Shown piece by piece: positions 27,162-36,104 of a DNA stretch of 50,525 nt (positions within the stretch are counted from its first letter, which is position 1; each line of letters starts with the position of its first letter). This stretch comes from an uncultured bacterium (lineage in GTDB: Bacteria; Chlamydiota; Chlamydiia; Chlamydiales; SM23-39). The notes beneath the pieces are model-generated. The model had not been told where the DNA came from and did no database searches. It saw only the letters and a list, made by a program, of their open reading frames with translations. The translations under genes were made by a program, and so were the position numbers. The stretch lies in assembly GCA_965370365.1 (NCBI GenBank), contig CBDUSP010000003.1:1-50525 (forward strand). Reading direction: 5' to 3'.

Positions 27162-28091
27162 ATGAAGGCTGGTGTTTTTTGTCATAATGGACTTGGAGAC
27201 GGAGTCAATTGTCTTGTTCTTTCCAACAATTTGCATCTAAATGGCTGGGACGTCGACACCTATCAAAACTCGATTGGATCAATGCAAAATTGGTTCCCCC
27301 ATCTTCCTGTTCAGTCGTATCCGAAAGTAGAGGAACTGCCCCGCATTCTATCAACGTACGAGTGGTTTTTTGTCGTTCATAATGATACGGATCCCTTTGT
27401 CCAAGCGCTTATCAAAGAGGGAAAAAAGAGGTTTCCTGAGAGAATAAAAATTCTCTATCTCTACCCGTCTCCTAACATTGTAAATGAGCCCTACTATTTA
27501 GACTGTTTGACCGATCCCAAAAAGTCGATTGCAGAGAACATGTGCATTGTTTGTGAAAGAGTCATTGGGTTGCCAAAGGTTGTAAAAGAAAACGGGTTCA
27601 CTCCTCCCGAAGGGCTTGTTTTTCGCAAATATCCAAAAAGAGTTGTGATTCACTCAACAAGTGCAAGACCGACGCGCAATTGGCCAAAAGCGCAGTTTGT
27701 AAAGCTCGCTTTACATTTAGAAAAAAAAGGCTTTGATCCGGTATTTATTCCAGGAACTGAGATTGAAAACTGGAGAGATGTCAAATTTGAAGCCTTGCAC
27801 TTTCCTTCTTTAGATGATCTTTCTAGCTATATCTATGAGTCGGCTTATCTCATTGGAAATGATTCGGGTCTTGGGCACTTGGCCTCAGCGCTTGGCGTTC
27901 CAACCCTAACTCTTTGTCGAAGAAAAGCTTGGGCAAATATGTGGGCGCCGAATTTTGCCAAAAACATTGTTGTAACGCCACCATCTCTCATCCCAAATAT
28001 TCGGGGTTTTCGCTTAAGAGACAGGCAGTGGAAACGATTTATCACGCTTGGGAAAGTGCTTCGCGGCTTTGAGAACTTAATAAACCTATAG
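27162..28091 (+). CDS. Glycosyltransferase family 9 (heptosyltransferase-like)
   Basis: GLGD, RNWP, IGNDSGLGHLASALGVP. Confidence 0.9.
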   Translation: MKAGVFCHNGLGDGVNCLVLSNNLHLNGWDVDTYQNSIGSMQNWFPHLPVQSYPKVEELPRILSTYEWFFVVHNDTDPFVQALIKEGKKRFPERIKILYLYPSPNIVNEPYYLDCLTDPKKSIAENMCIVCERVIGLPKVVKENGFTPPEGLVFRKYPKRVVIHSTSARPTRNWPKAQFVKLALHLEKKGFDPVFIPGTEIENWRDVKFEALHFPSLDDLSSYIYESAYLIGNDSGLGHLASALGVPTLTLCRRKAWANMWAPNFAKNIVVTPPSLIPNIRGFRLRDRQWKRFITLGKVLRGFENLINL

Positions 28092-28099
28092 GATCCTTC

Positions 28100-29191
28100 A
28101 TGAAAACGTTCACATTTGTATTTTCTATTTGTTATTTTTCCGTTATTTGCGCATTTGATTCGACGGTGCCTGTTTTGCACTTACCCGATTACTTCGATGA
28201 AACACGTCGAGAGGTGTTTTTAAGTGATTTGGAAGATGCAGCTAAAGACGTCGGTTTTTTTGCTCTTACAGGCACGGGCGTAGACCCCGCTTTTCTCGAT
28301 TCAGCCTATGCTCAAATGAAAGAGTTTTTTGATCAAGATTTTGAGACTAAAAACATATCGAAATCACCAGATGGGCAAAGAGGCTATATTCCTGGAGAGT
28401 CTGCGAAGGGGGAAACGCGTGTCGACTACAAAGAATTCTTTCACATAGGAAGAGATCTTTCCTCAGAAGATACCAAGCGGTGTCAATATGCAGAAAATGT
28501 CTGGCCAGAGCAACCACAGCAGTTTCGGGTAGCAATGCAAGAGCTCCACCGTGCAATGGATAGTAGCAAAGAGGCGCTTGCTGATGCGTTTAGTGCCTTA
28601 TTGAAGCAAGGGCCTGGATTTGTAAGTACGATGGTTTGTGATGGAGACTGTCTGCTTCGAGCGATTCATTATCCGGCGAATCCTCCCGCTGATGCTGTTT
28701 GGGCAGGCGCGCATACGGACATCGTTCTTTTCACTATTTTACCTAGAGCTACCGCAAAAGGGCTCCAAGTTATGAATAAAGAGGGAGAGTGGATTGATGT
28801 TATTGTCCCAGATAACGCGTTTGTCATTAATTGCGGAGACATGCTTGAAAATCTCACCAACGGATATTTCAAAAGTTCATTTCATAGAGTCGTAGATCCG
28901 GGCAGTGGAAAAGATCGCTATTCTGCGGTATTTTTTGTGCATCCCAAATCAGAAGATCGCTTAGATCCCCTTCCTGAGTTCATTGAAAAAACTGGAGGGA
29001 AGCGAGTGTATGCAAATGTAAATAGAATCGAACTTTTGGCTGAACGTTTAATCGATCTGGGTATTGCTTCTCCTTCGCTCATGTCCTTTTTTGTGGAATC
29101 TGGAGCAATTGAGCGCTTGAAAGAAGTAGGAAGATTTAGCCCAAAGGCAGAACAAGCTTTACAAGAGGCTGGGCTTATAACTCAATTGTAA
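28100..29191 (+). CDS. 2OG-Fe(II) dioxygenase, IPNS/DIOX family, with N-terminal signal peptide
   Basis: GFF.L, RGY, LRAIHYP, HTD...H...RYS motifs, NCGDML. Confidence 0.9.
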   Translation: MKTFTFVFSICYFSVICAFDSTVPVLHLPDYFDETRREVFLSDLEDAAKDVGFFALTGTGVDPAFLDSAYAQMKEFFDQDFETKNISKSPDGQRGYIPGESAKGETRVDYKEFFHIGRDLSSEDTKRCQYAENVWPEQPQQFRVAMQELHRAMDSSKEALADAFSALLKQGPGFVSTMVCDGDCLLRAIHYPANPPADAVWAGAHTDIVLFTILPRATAKGLQVMNKEGEWIDVIVPDNAFVINCGDMLENLTNGYFKSSFHRVVDPGSGKDRYSAVFFVHPKSEDRLDPLPEFIEKTGGKRVYANVNRIELLAERLIDLGIASPSLMSFFVESGAIERLKEVGRFSPKAEQALQEAGLITQL

Positions 29192-31058
29192 ACTCTTTTG
29201 GGACTTCTTTTAAAAAGCGAGACGGACGCATGAGTCTTTGCGTCCCCCACATGTAGCGATACGTTGCAGTTGACATGTAGAGCTTCCTTTTTGCCCGAGT
29301 CATCCCAACGTAGCAAAGACGTCTCTCTTCTTCAATCGAAGAGGGGTCGTCTTTTGCGTTGATATGGGGGAGCAAGTCTTCTTCAAGACCCACAAAAAAA
29401 ACGACAGAAAATTCAAGGCCCTTACTATTATGTAGCGTCATCATTTTTATCGTTAGAACAGATGGATCCTCCTTTGCGGGAACGCGAAGAGACAGCTCTT
29501 CTAAAAATTTAGCAAGAGAGGGTTCTTCGTTCTCGTCTTCCCATTCGGCGGCTTTCCCCAAAAGCTCGTCGATGTTTTCTTTTCTGTCTTGGACTGTTTC
29601 TGGATCTAGCTGAAGATAAGAGAGATAGCCGGACAAAGAAAGAACCTCTTCAATAAGGTGCTCTATGCTCATTTTTTCGGCGCGATTCCGTAGGGCTTGG
29701 ATGGTTTCTAGATAGCTCTTAAGGCCTGTTTTTGCTTTGGGGCCGAGTTTTAGATTTGGACACAGTGTAGGGTTCTCAAGGAGTTCCTCACAAAAGTTAA
29801 GAATAGGCATTTCTCTATCGGCTGCAGCCATCATGATTTTTTCAAGAGAGGCTTTTCCGAGACCTCTTTTCGGAGTATTGATTGTTCTTAAAAAGGCGAT
29901 GAGATCCGTGCTTGAAAGTGACAGACGTAGATATGCAAGAATGTCTTTTACTTCTTTCCTCTCATAAAAAGAGATGCCTCCGATAATGGTATACGGAATT
30001 CTGTATGAGAGAAGGGCGTCTTCAAACGCTCTTGATTGGGCATTTGTTCTGTAAAAAATAGCAACGTCATCTAGCGGTAGATCCCCATAGATTGCGTGTT
30101 CTTGGATTTGGTCTGCAACAAACGCAGCTTCTTTTTTTTCATTAAATGCTCTGTAAATGCTAATTTTTTCGCCATCGCCTAGATCACTCCATAAGTTTTT
30201 TTCAAGACGACTTTCGTTGTGCTCGATTAGAGCATTGGCAGCTTGTAGGATTCTATTTGTACTTCGATAGTTTTGAGCAAGCGGGACGACGATAGCGCCT
30301 GGAAAGTCTTTCTCAAAGTTTAGGATGTTTTGATAGCGGGCTCCTCGCCAAGAGTAAATGGACTGATCGGGGTCACCGACTGCGAAAATGTTTTGATGCT
30401 TTTCTACCAAGATTTTTGCAAGTGTGTACTGCGCAAGATTTGTATCTTGATATTCATCAATGAGTACATATTGCCACCTATTCTGATAGATTTCGCAAAC
30501 CTGGCTATGTTCTTGGAGAAGTTTGACCGTTAGAAAAAGAAGATCATCAAAGTCGAGGGCGTTACAACTTTTAAGCTTTGCTTGATACGCTCCGTAGACG
30601 CGAGACAAAAGATCTTCACCACGGGGATCTAAGAGATCATTTTTTGCGCTCGAAATAAACATCTTTGCTTCTTTGCAAAAACCCTTATCGGTATCAAGGC
30701 CTAACTCGTTTAGGCAATTTTTCAAAAGCTTTTTGCTATCATCTTCATCATAAATGACAAACGTATTTTGGTACCCTAAGTGATGGATGGATTCGCGTAA
30801 AATCCGAGAGCCAAGACTGTGGAAGGTGCTTGCAAGAACATACGCGTTTTTTAGTTGTTGGATGCGGGCCTTCATTTCTCCCGCTGCTTTGTTTGTAAAT
30901 GTGACAGCAAGAATCTGTGATGGGTCGACGCCAATTTCAATAAGATGCGCAATGCGATGTGTGACTACGCGTGTTTTGCCAGATCCAGCGCCTGCCAAAA
31001 CGAGGAGAGGCCCTTTTACGTGATGGGCGGCTTTGAGTTGCTGGGGGTTGAGGTTCAT
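29175..31058 (-). CDS. uvrD: UvrD/PcrA/Rep-family DNA helicase
   Basis: AGAGSGKT, DEYQD, VGDPDQSIY, QNYRS, KGLEF, EERRLCYVGMTRA. Confidence 0.93.
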   Translation of the reverse strand: MNLNPQQLKAAHHVKGPLLVLAGAGSGKTRVVTHRIAHLIEIGVDPSQILAVTFTNKAAGEMKARIQQLKNAYVLASTFHSLGSRILRESIHHLGYQNTFVIYDEDDSKKLLKNCLNELGLDTDKGFCKEAKMFISSAKNDLLDPRGEDLLSRVYGAYQAKLKSCNALDFDDLLFLTVKLLQEHSQVCEIYQNRWQYVLIDEYQDTNLAQYTLAKILVEKHQNIFAVGDPDQSIYSWRGARYQNILNFEKDFPGAIVVPLAQNYRSTNRILQAANALIEHNESRLEKNLWSDLGDGEKISIYRAFNEKKEAAFVADQIQEHAIYGDLPLDDVAIFYRTNAQSRAFEDALLSYRIPYTIIGGISFYERKEVKDILAYLRLSLSSTDLIAFLRTINTPKRGLGKASLEKIMMAAADREMPILNFCEELLENPTLCPNLKLGPKAKTGLKSYLETIQALRNRAEKMSIEHLIEEVLSLSGYLSYLQLDPETVQDRKENIDELLGKAAEWEDENEEPSLAKFLEELSLRVPAKEDPSVLTIKMMTLHNSKGLEFSVVFFVGLEEDLLPHINAKDDPSSIEEERRLCYVGMTRAKRKLYMSTATYRYMWGTQRLMRPSRFLKEVPKEFTIEL

Positions 31059-31060
31059 AG

Positions 31061-31315
31061 TTAGTAATATGTGTTCATAAAGACTTCGATCATTTTTTCG
31101 GCCGCACTAATGGTAGATATTGGGAGCTCTTTACCATAGTTTGCAACGATTTTACGCAAAGCTTTATCTGCTTTCATAGGATCATTTTTTTTGTGAAGGA
31201 AGTGATCGACAATTTCCAGAAGTCTTCCGGACAAGTGGTGCTTGACTTGAGGCGTCTTTCTAGGAGGGCGCGAAATAAGAGAGTCGTCTTCTTCGTCTGA
31301 AACTGGGTTTATGAT
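31061..31315 (-). CDS. Possible small protein (about 84 aa) with a non-canonical start, not in the ORF track
   Basis: Open frame IINPVSDEEDDSLISRPPRK...MIEVFMNTYY stops 2 bp before the uvrD ATG. GGAGGGAG precedes ATC/ATA. Confidence 0.35.
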   Translation of the reverse strand: MINPVSDEEDDSLISRPPRKTPQVKHHLSGRLLEIVDHFLHKKNDPMKADKALRKIVANYGKELPISTISAAEKMIEVFMNTYY

Positions 31316-31368
31316 ACTCCCTCCGGGATTGGAAAGAGGAGTGTAAACTTTTTAATGATTAAAGGAAA

Positions 31369-31441
31369 TGGAGCGTAACGGAATCGAACCGATGACCTCA
31401 ACAATGCCATTGTTGCGCTCTACCAATTGAGCTAACGCCCC
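31369..31441 (-). tRNA. tRNA-Ala(GGC)
   Basis: GGGGCGTTAGCTCAATTGGTAGAGCG-CAACA-ATGGCAT-TGTTG-AGGTCATCGGTTCGATTCCGTTACGCTCCA; the CCA tail is not encoded. Confidence 0.96.
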
Positions 31442-31588
31442 CTAAGGGGAAGTTTCGATTCTAAGAGCTATTGTCATTTAGGTTCAACGAAATCCAAGTT
31501 TTGAATCATTTTCGGTATAAATTATCATCTAAACATTTTATTGGTTTCGGCAGCACGTTCCTGGTATAAATACGCATCTTAGGTCATT

Positions 31589-31647
31589 GAACCTATCCTA
31601 ACAAAAATTTTCAGTCGGTTTTTTGGAATTTTTATTAGGATAGGTTC
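31589..31647. repeat. Short palindromic repeat family C (best copy), upstream of mreC
   Basis: 13 bp perfect inverted repeats GAACCTATCCTAA/TTAGGATAGGTTC. Confidence 0.7.
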
Positions 31648-31659
31648 TTGGAGAAAAAG

Positions 31660-32649
31660 ATGCGTCGAAAGGGAGTAAACCCCGCTTATATTGTGCTTGG
31701 AGCTTGTCTTTTTGGCTGGTTCAGCATTCCGCGCTATGTTGCCGATGAAATGCGCTCTTTTTCTGTTGCAACACTTGCCCCCACTTGGGATTTGACGCGG
31801 GAGGTTCAGAAATATCTTGCCGATCGTCCCCTCTTTTGGGAGCAAAAAAAACAAACAGATGATGTTTTGGCAAAACGTCTTGAACTTGAAAATGCAATGC
31901 TACGCGCCCAGGTTGAAAAAATGTCCGCGTGGCTTCTCAACGAGGAAAGGATCGAAAAACAGCTAGAGCTGCTACAAAAAGTTGAAAAGACAAGTGGGAA
32001 GATGAGGCCCTTCTTCGAAAGAAGAGGAAGGCACCTTGCCTCTCTGATTCAGTCTGAACTTGTTGCGATGCCATGCTCGGTGATTTATCGAGACCCTTCT
32101 TCGTGGAGTAGTAGTTTATGGGTGAATATTGGCGAAGAAGATAACCAGGTGTTAGGAAGGCAAGTGATTGCAAAAAACAGTCCGGTTCTTTCAGGATCGG
32201 CTCTTGTCGGCGTCATCGATCATGTTGGGAAAAAGCAATCGAGGGTGCGCCTCATTACAGATGCAAATCTTTGTCCCTCCGTTCGCGCGGCCAGGGGGTT
32301 TTTTCAAAATGGTGAGGAAGGCGCTCTTTTAGCTAAGGGTGAGCTGCATGGCAGCGGAGGGCCTCTTTGGAGATCGAGAACATCTACTTTAAAAGGCGTT
32401 GGGTTCAATTTTGATTTCTCAGATGAAGAAGGACCGCGTCCTCAAGGAGTGGAGCTTTTGAAAGAGGGGGATTTTCTTGTCACTACGGGATTTGATGGGG
32501 TTTTCCCCCCAGACTTAGTTGTCGGAACGATCTCTCATATTGATGAGATGCAGCCGGGCTCTTTTACATACGATATCGAGGTTGATCCAAGCGTTTCGGA
32601 CTTAAATCACTTAAAGACGCTTTATGTTTTACCCCCAAGAAGCGAATGA
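31660..32649 (+). CDS. mreC: Rod shape-determining protein MreC
   Basis: TM anchor, coiled coil, RDPSSWSSSLW, LVGV..V....SRVRLITD, GD.LVTTG.DGVFP. Confidence 0.9.
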   Translation: MRRKGVNPAYIVLGACLFGWFSIPRYVADEMRSFSVATLAPTWDLTREVQKYLADRPLFWEQKKQTDDVLAKRLELENAMLRAQVEKMSAWLLNEERIEKQLELLQKVEKTSGKMRPFFERRGRHLASLIQSELVAMPCSVIYRDPSSWSSSLWVNIGEEDNQVLGRQVIAKNSPVLSGSALVGVIDHVGKKQSRVRLITDANLCPSVRAARGFFQNGEEGALLAKGELHGSGGPLWRSRTSTLKGVGFNFDFSDEEGPRPQGVELLKEGDFLVTTGFDGVFPPDLVVGTISHIDEMQPGSFTYDIEVDPSVSDLNHLKTLYVLPPRSE

Positions 32650-33632
32650 CTCTTGAAAAATGGTTTGAGGAAAATCAGAGAATTTTCCCTTGGAGAGAAG
32701 AAAGAACTCCGTACCGAGTATGGATTTCTGAGGTAATGCTCCAGCAAACAAGAGCTTCTGTTGTTATCCCCTATTTTCTTCGATGGATGGAGCTTTTCCC
32801 AAATGTAAAAGCGCTTTACACAGCATCTATCGGAGATGTGATTAAAGCCTGGGAAGGACTCGGGTTCTATAGGAGAGCGCGCAATATCCACAGGGCCGCA
32901 GCAGTTATTGTGGAAGACTTTGGTGGTGAAATTCCAAGTACGCGAGATGAGCTACTCTCCATTCATGGATTTGGTCCGTATACAACGGGTGCGATCTTGT
33001 CTTTCGCTTTTCAAAAACGAGCTGTGGCGGTTGATGGAAACGTCATGCGTGTGATTTCTCGCTATTTTTGCATTGAAGAAGACATTACAAAAGCCGTGAT
33101 CCGAAAAAAAATCGAAGAAAAAACCGAGGGCTTGCTTGATCGCAAAAATCCTTGGGTTACAGCAGAAGCTCTCATTGAGCTTGGTGCCACTGTTTGCACA
33201 CCGAAGCCGAAGTGTGAGGCATGTCCTTTACAAGAAACGTGTTTGGGGAAACAGATTGCCGAAGACCTTCCGGTCAAAAAGAAAGAAACACCCATCCAAC
33301 ATCTTTTTCGTCAGGTACATGTGATCGAGTGCAATGGCTTTGTCTTGGTAAAAAAGGGAGCTAAGGGAAAAGTGATGGAAGATCTTTATGAGTTTCCCTA
33401 CATCGAAGGTCCCAAGTCAAAGATGCAACGTCTTCGTGGAGAAAGAGCATTAAGTCCCTGCTCTCATAGCTTCACTAAATATAAGGCGCATCTGTTTCCT
33501 TTTTGGATCAGGCAAAAAGAAAAAACACCTGGCAAGTGGGTAGAAATTTCTCGCTTGTCGGAGCTTCCCTTTTCCTCCGGACATAGAAAGATTTTGACTG
33601 AGGTGTTGAAAAGCGATAAACTCCTCTCATGA
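32646..33632 (+). CDS. mutY: A/G-specific adenine glycosylase
   Basis: PYRVWISEVMLQQT, WEGLG.Y.RA, HhH motif, VDGNV, C-x5-C-x2-C-x5-C Fe-S loop. Confidence 0.95.
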   Translation: MTLEKWFEENQRIFPWREERTPYRVWISEVMLQQTRASVVIPYFLRWMELFPNVKALYTASIGDVIKAWEGLGFYRRARNIHRAAAVIVEDFGGEIPSTRDELLSIHGFGPYTTGAILSFAFQKRAVAVDGNVMRVISRYFCIEEDITKAVIRKKIEEKTEGLLDRKNPWVTAEALIELGATVCTPKPKCEACPLQETCLGKQIAEDLPVKKKETPIQHLFRQVHVIECNGFVLVKKGAKGKVMEDLYEFPYIEGPKSKMQRLRGERALSPCSHSFTKYKAHLFPFWIRQKEKTPGKWVEISRLSELPFSSGHRKILTEVLKSDKLLS

Positions 33633-34516
33633 GCATCCAGTATATCGATCGAAAGACAAACACCGAGCAAACAGAAAAAATCTACGGACACCGGGCTCTC
33701 TCTTTTCTCTATGGAGGTTCTTGGCTTTCACGTCTCCTTTTGCCTCTTATCTCTAGAGTTCCTTTGTTTTCCAGATTTTATGGCTTTATCCAAAAAAGAT
33801 CGTGGAGTGCAAAAAAAGTGGCTCCTTTTATAGAAAGTTATGGCGTGGATACATCAGAGTTTCAAGAAACGACATTTCGCTCTTTCAATGACTTTTTTAT
33901 TCGAAAGTTAAAGCCTGAAACAAGACCGATTGTCCAAGATCCTATGCGCGCTGCTCTTCCTGCAGATGGAAGGTATTTGGTCTTTCCTGACTTGTCAAAG
34001 GTAGATCAGTTTTATGTAAAAGGACAAAGCTTTGATCTTTTTTCGTTTTTGCAAAATGATGCGTACGCAAGACGTTTTTCTGATGGCTCCATGATGATTG
34101 TCCGTCTTTGTCCGACCGATTATCATCGCCTCCACTTTGTTGCAGATGGGATCCCCTCGAAAGCGCAGCCAATTCAAGGGCACTTTAATTCTGTAAACCC
34201 GATTGCGTTAAGAAAAAATCTTTCTATTTTATGGACAAACAAGCGAGTCCTTACGGAATGCAACTCAGATGTTTTTGGAAAAATTCTCTACGTAGAGGTT
34301 GGCGCGACTTGCGTTGGAACAATTCACCAAACCTATACGCCTGGAGTTGAGGTGAAAAAAGGAGACGAGAAAGGATATTTCTCTTTTGGAGGATCCTGTC
34401 TTGTGGTGTTATTTGAAAAGGGTCGCATTGCTTTCGATGAGGACCTTGTGAAGAACTCTGAAAGATCTCTTGAAACGAAAGCAAATTTTGGTGAGTCATT
34501 AGGGAGTGTTAAGTGA
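33629..34516 (+). CDS. psd: Phosphatidylserine decarboxylase proenzyme
   Basis: FNDFFIRKLK, PADG, RLCPTDYHR, VGATCVG, FSFGGS cleavage motif. Confidence 0.94.
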   Translation: MSIQYIDRKTNTEQTEKIYGHRALSFLYGGSWLSRLLLPLISRVPLFSRFYGFIQKRSWSAKKVAPFIESYGVDTSEFQETTFRSFNDFFIRKLKPETRPIVQDPMRAALPADGRYLVFPDLSKVDQFYVKGQSFDLFSFLQNDAYARRFSDGSMMIVRLCPTDYHRLHFVADGIPSKAQPIQGHFNSVNPIALRKNLSILWTNKRVLTECNSDVFGKILYVEVGATCVGTIHQTYTPGVEVKKGDEKGYFSFGGSCLVVLFEKGRIAFDEDLVKNSERSLETKANFGESLGSVK

Positions 34517-35301
34517 GAATATTTTTTAGTTTACTTAGTTTTTTTGCTGTCTGTTTACATGCAGCTCCAGTTGGGAACCCGGCAGCGCCTCATGTGATTT
34601 GTAAGGGGCTTTTTATTCCTCAAAAATGCTGGGCAAATATTCGCCTTGGATACGAGGGGGATTTTGTCTTTGATGGAGAGATGAAGCAGACAAAACATAG
34701 TTCAAGCGAATTGGATAAATTCACCCAAATGACAAATGCAGGGTCTGCGACGCTTACTCTTTTAGAGAGACTCGATTTATATGGAGTCTTTGGCTCTTCA
34801 AGAGTTTGTGCAAAATGGCGTTTTACGAGTTTAGCCGATGAAGTTCGAAACGCTGAAATGGAAACAAAGCACGCATTTTTGTGGGCAGTTGGTGGAAGAG
34901 CGATCCTCTATGCTTGGGGAAAATGGGATCTTGGATTTGGGGGAAGGTACTCTGCGTCTCATAATAATATCTCCTGGCTAACAATTGATGGAAGCAATGT
35001 CTCAACGAAGGGAGCTCGCTCTAGATGGCGGCAGTGGCAGGTAAATTCGGGACTCTCATATCACATCGACCTTTTCACTCCATACATTGGAGCTTACTAT
35101 TTGAATGTAAGACATTCGCTGCAAAATCTTTCCTCTCCCATCGCAAACAAAAACTCGCGAAACAATTTGTTTGAAAATAGAATTCCTGTGGGAATGTATC
35201 TCGGCTGTTCTTTATCTAGCGGGAGTTATTTTATGCTCAATATTGAAGGGCGTGTCATTGCAGAAGAAGCCCTTTCAGTCTCCGGGGACTTTAGGTTTTG
35301 A
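34513..35301 (+). CDS. MOMP/OmpA-like chlamydial outer membrane protein
   Basis: Signal peptide, APVGNPAAP, GYEGDFVFD, TNAG, WQV..GLSY, PYIG, terminal FRF. Confidence 0.85.
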   Translation: MRIFFSLLSFFAVCLHAAPVGNPAAPHVICKGLFIPQKCWANIRLGYEGDFVFDGEMKQTKHSSSELDKFTQMTNAGSATLTLLERLDLYGVFGSSRVCAKWRFTSLADEVRNAEMETKHAFLWAVGGRAILYAWGKWDLGFGGRYSASHNNISWLTIDGSNVSTKGARSRWRQWQVNSGLSYHIDLFTPYIGAYYLNVRHSLQNLSSPIANKNSRNNLFENRIPVGMYLGCSLSSGSYFMLNIEGRVIAEEALSVSGDFRF

Positions 35302-36050
35302 GAGGTCTCTTTCTTTTAGCAATTCTTTGTAAGCTTGGGGCGAACCCTATTGGGAACCCCTCCCAACCAGCTCTTTTAGAAGAAGGATTTATCCTTCCTG
35401 ATACGTCCTGGACACATCCCCAATGTGGGGTTATTGGGGATTATCTAGCGCAAAAGAGAATGCGCCCTTGTCACTCAAGCAAGCATTTGCACCTGCATAA
35501 GGCGTTTATTTCGGGAACATCGGAGCTTGCGACAGCATCTTGGAGTATCCGCGAAAAATTCAACCTGCAGATTCAGGCGGGTTCCGGCCAGTTTTCTTGG
35601 AGATGGCAGCAGACGGGAAAAAATATTGAGGGGAAATCCTCTGGCGGCGTTGTTTGGGCGGGCGATGCCAAGCTCATTATTCTATCTGTCAAGGACACGA
35701 CTTTTGCCGCAGATGCCCAAGCGGGTGGTTGGGACTACATGAGTGGAACATCTACCGTCAATGCAGTGCATAGTGCAAAAAACGCATTATCTAAATTTCG
35801 TTTCTGGCAATTAGGGTTTGCTCTCACCCAGAAAATAGGGCTTTTTGCGCCGTATTTGGGATACGCAGTGAACAGCTCTCGGTTTAAAGTGTCGCATCTT
35901 CCAACGGGAACGGGGCGTATGCATTCGCACCACAAGACAGGTCCTTTCGGGGGATGTAGTCTTTCTACGGGGAATCGCTTTTTGGGCAATTTCGAGTGGC
36001 GGGGCTGGTTTGAAGAGGGGGTTTCTTTATCTGCTCAGGTGAGATTCTAG
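35298..36050 (+). CDS. Second MOMP-like outer membrane protein (tandem paralog)
   Basis: NPIGNPSQP, WQLG, PYLG, terminal VRF; overlaps the upstream stop. Confidence 0.82.
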   Translation: MRGLFLLAILCKLGANPIGNPSQPALLEEGFILPDTSWTHPQCGVIGDYLAQKRMRPCHSSKHLHLHKAFISGTSELATASWSIREKFNLQIQAGSGQFSWRWQQTGKNIEGKSSGGVVWAGDAKLIILSVKDTTFAADAQAGGWDYMSGTSTVNAVHSAKNALSKFRFWQLGFALTQKIGLFAPYLGYAVNSSRFKVSHLPTGTGRMHSHHKTGPFGGCSLSTGNRFLGNFEWRGWFEEGVSLSAQVRF

Positions 36051-36104
36051 TTTATTTATAAATGTCTTTTATCTATAGTAGACGCTTTTCACAGGGCGAT
36101 TTAG

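Noticed and set aside
31369-31441. tRNA-Ala as an island integration site
   Set aside because: No duplicated tRNA 3' end or integrase seen; the flanking genes are core.
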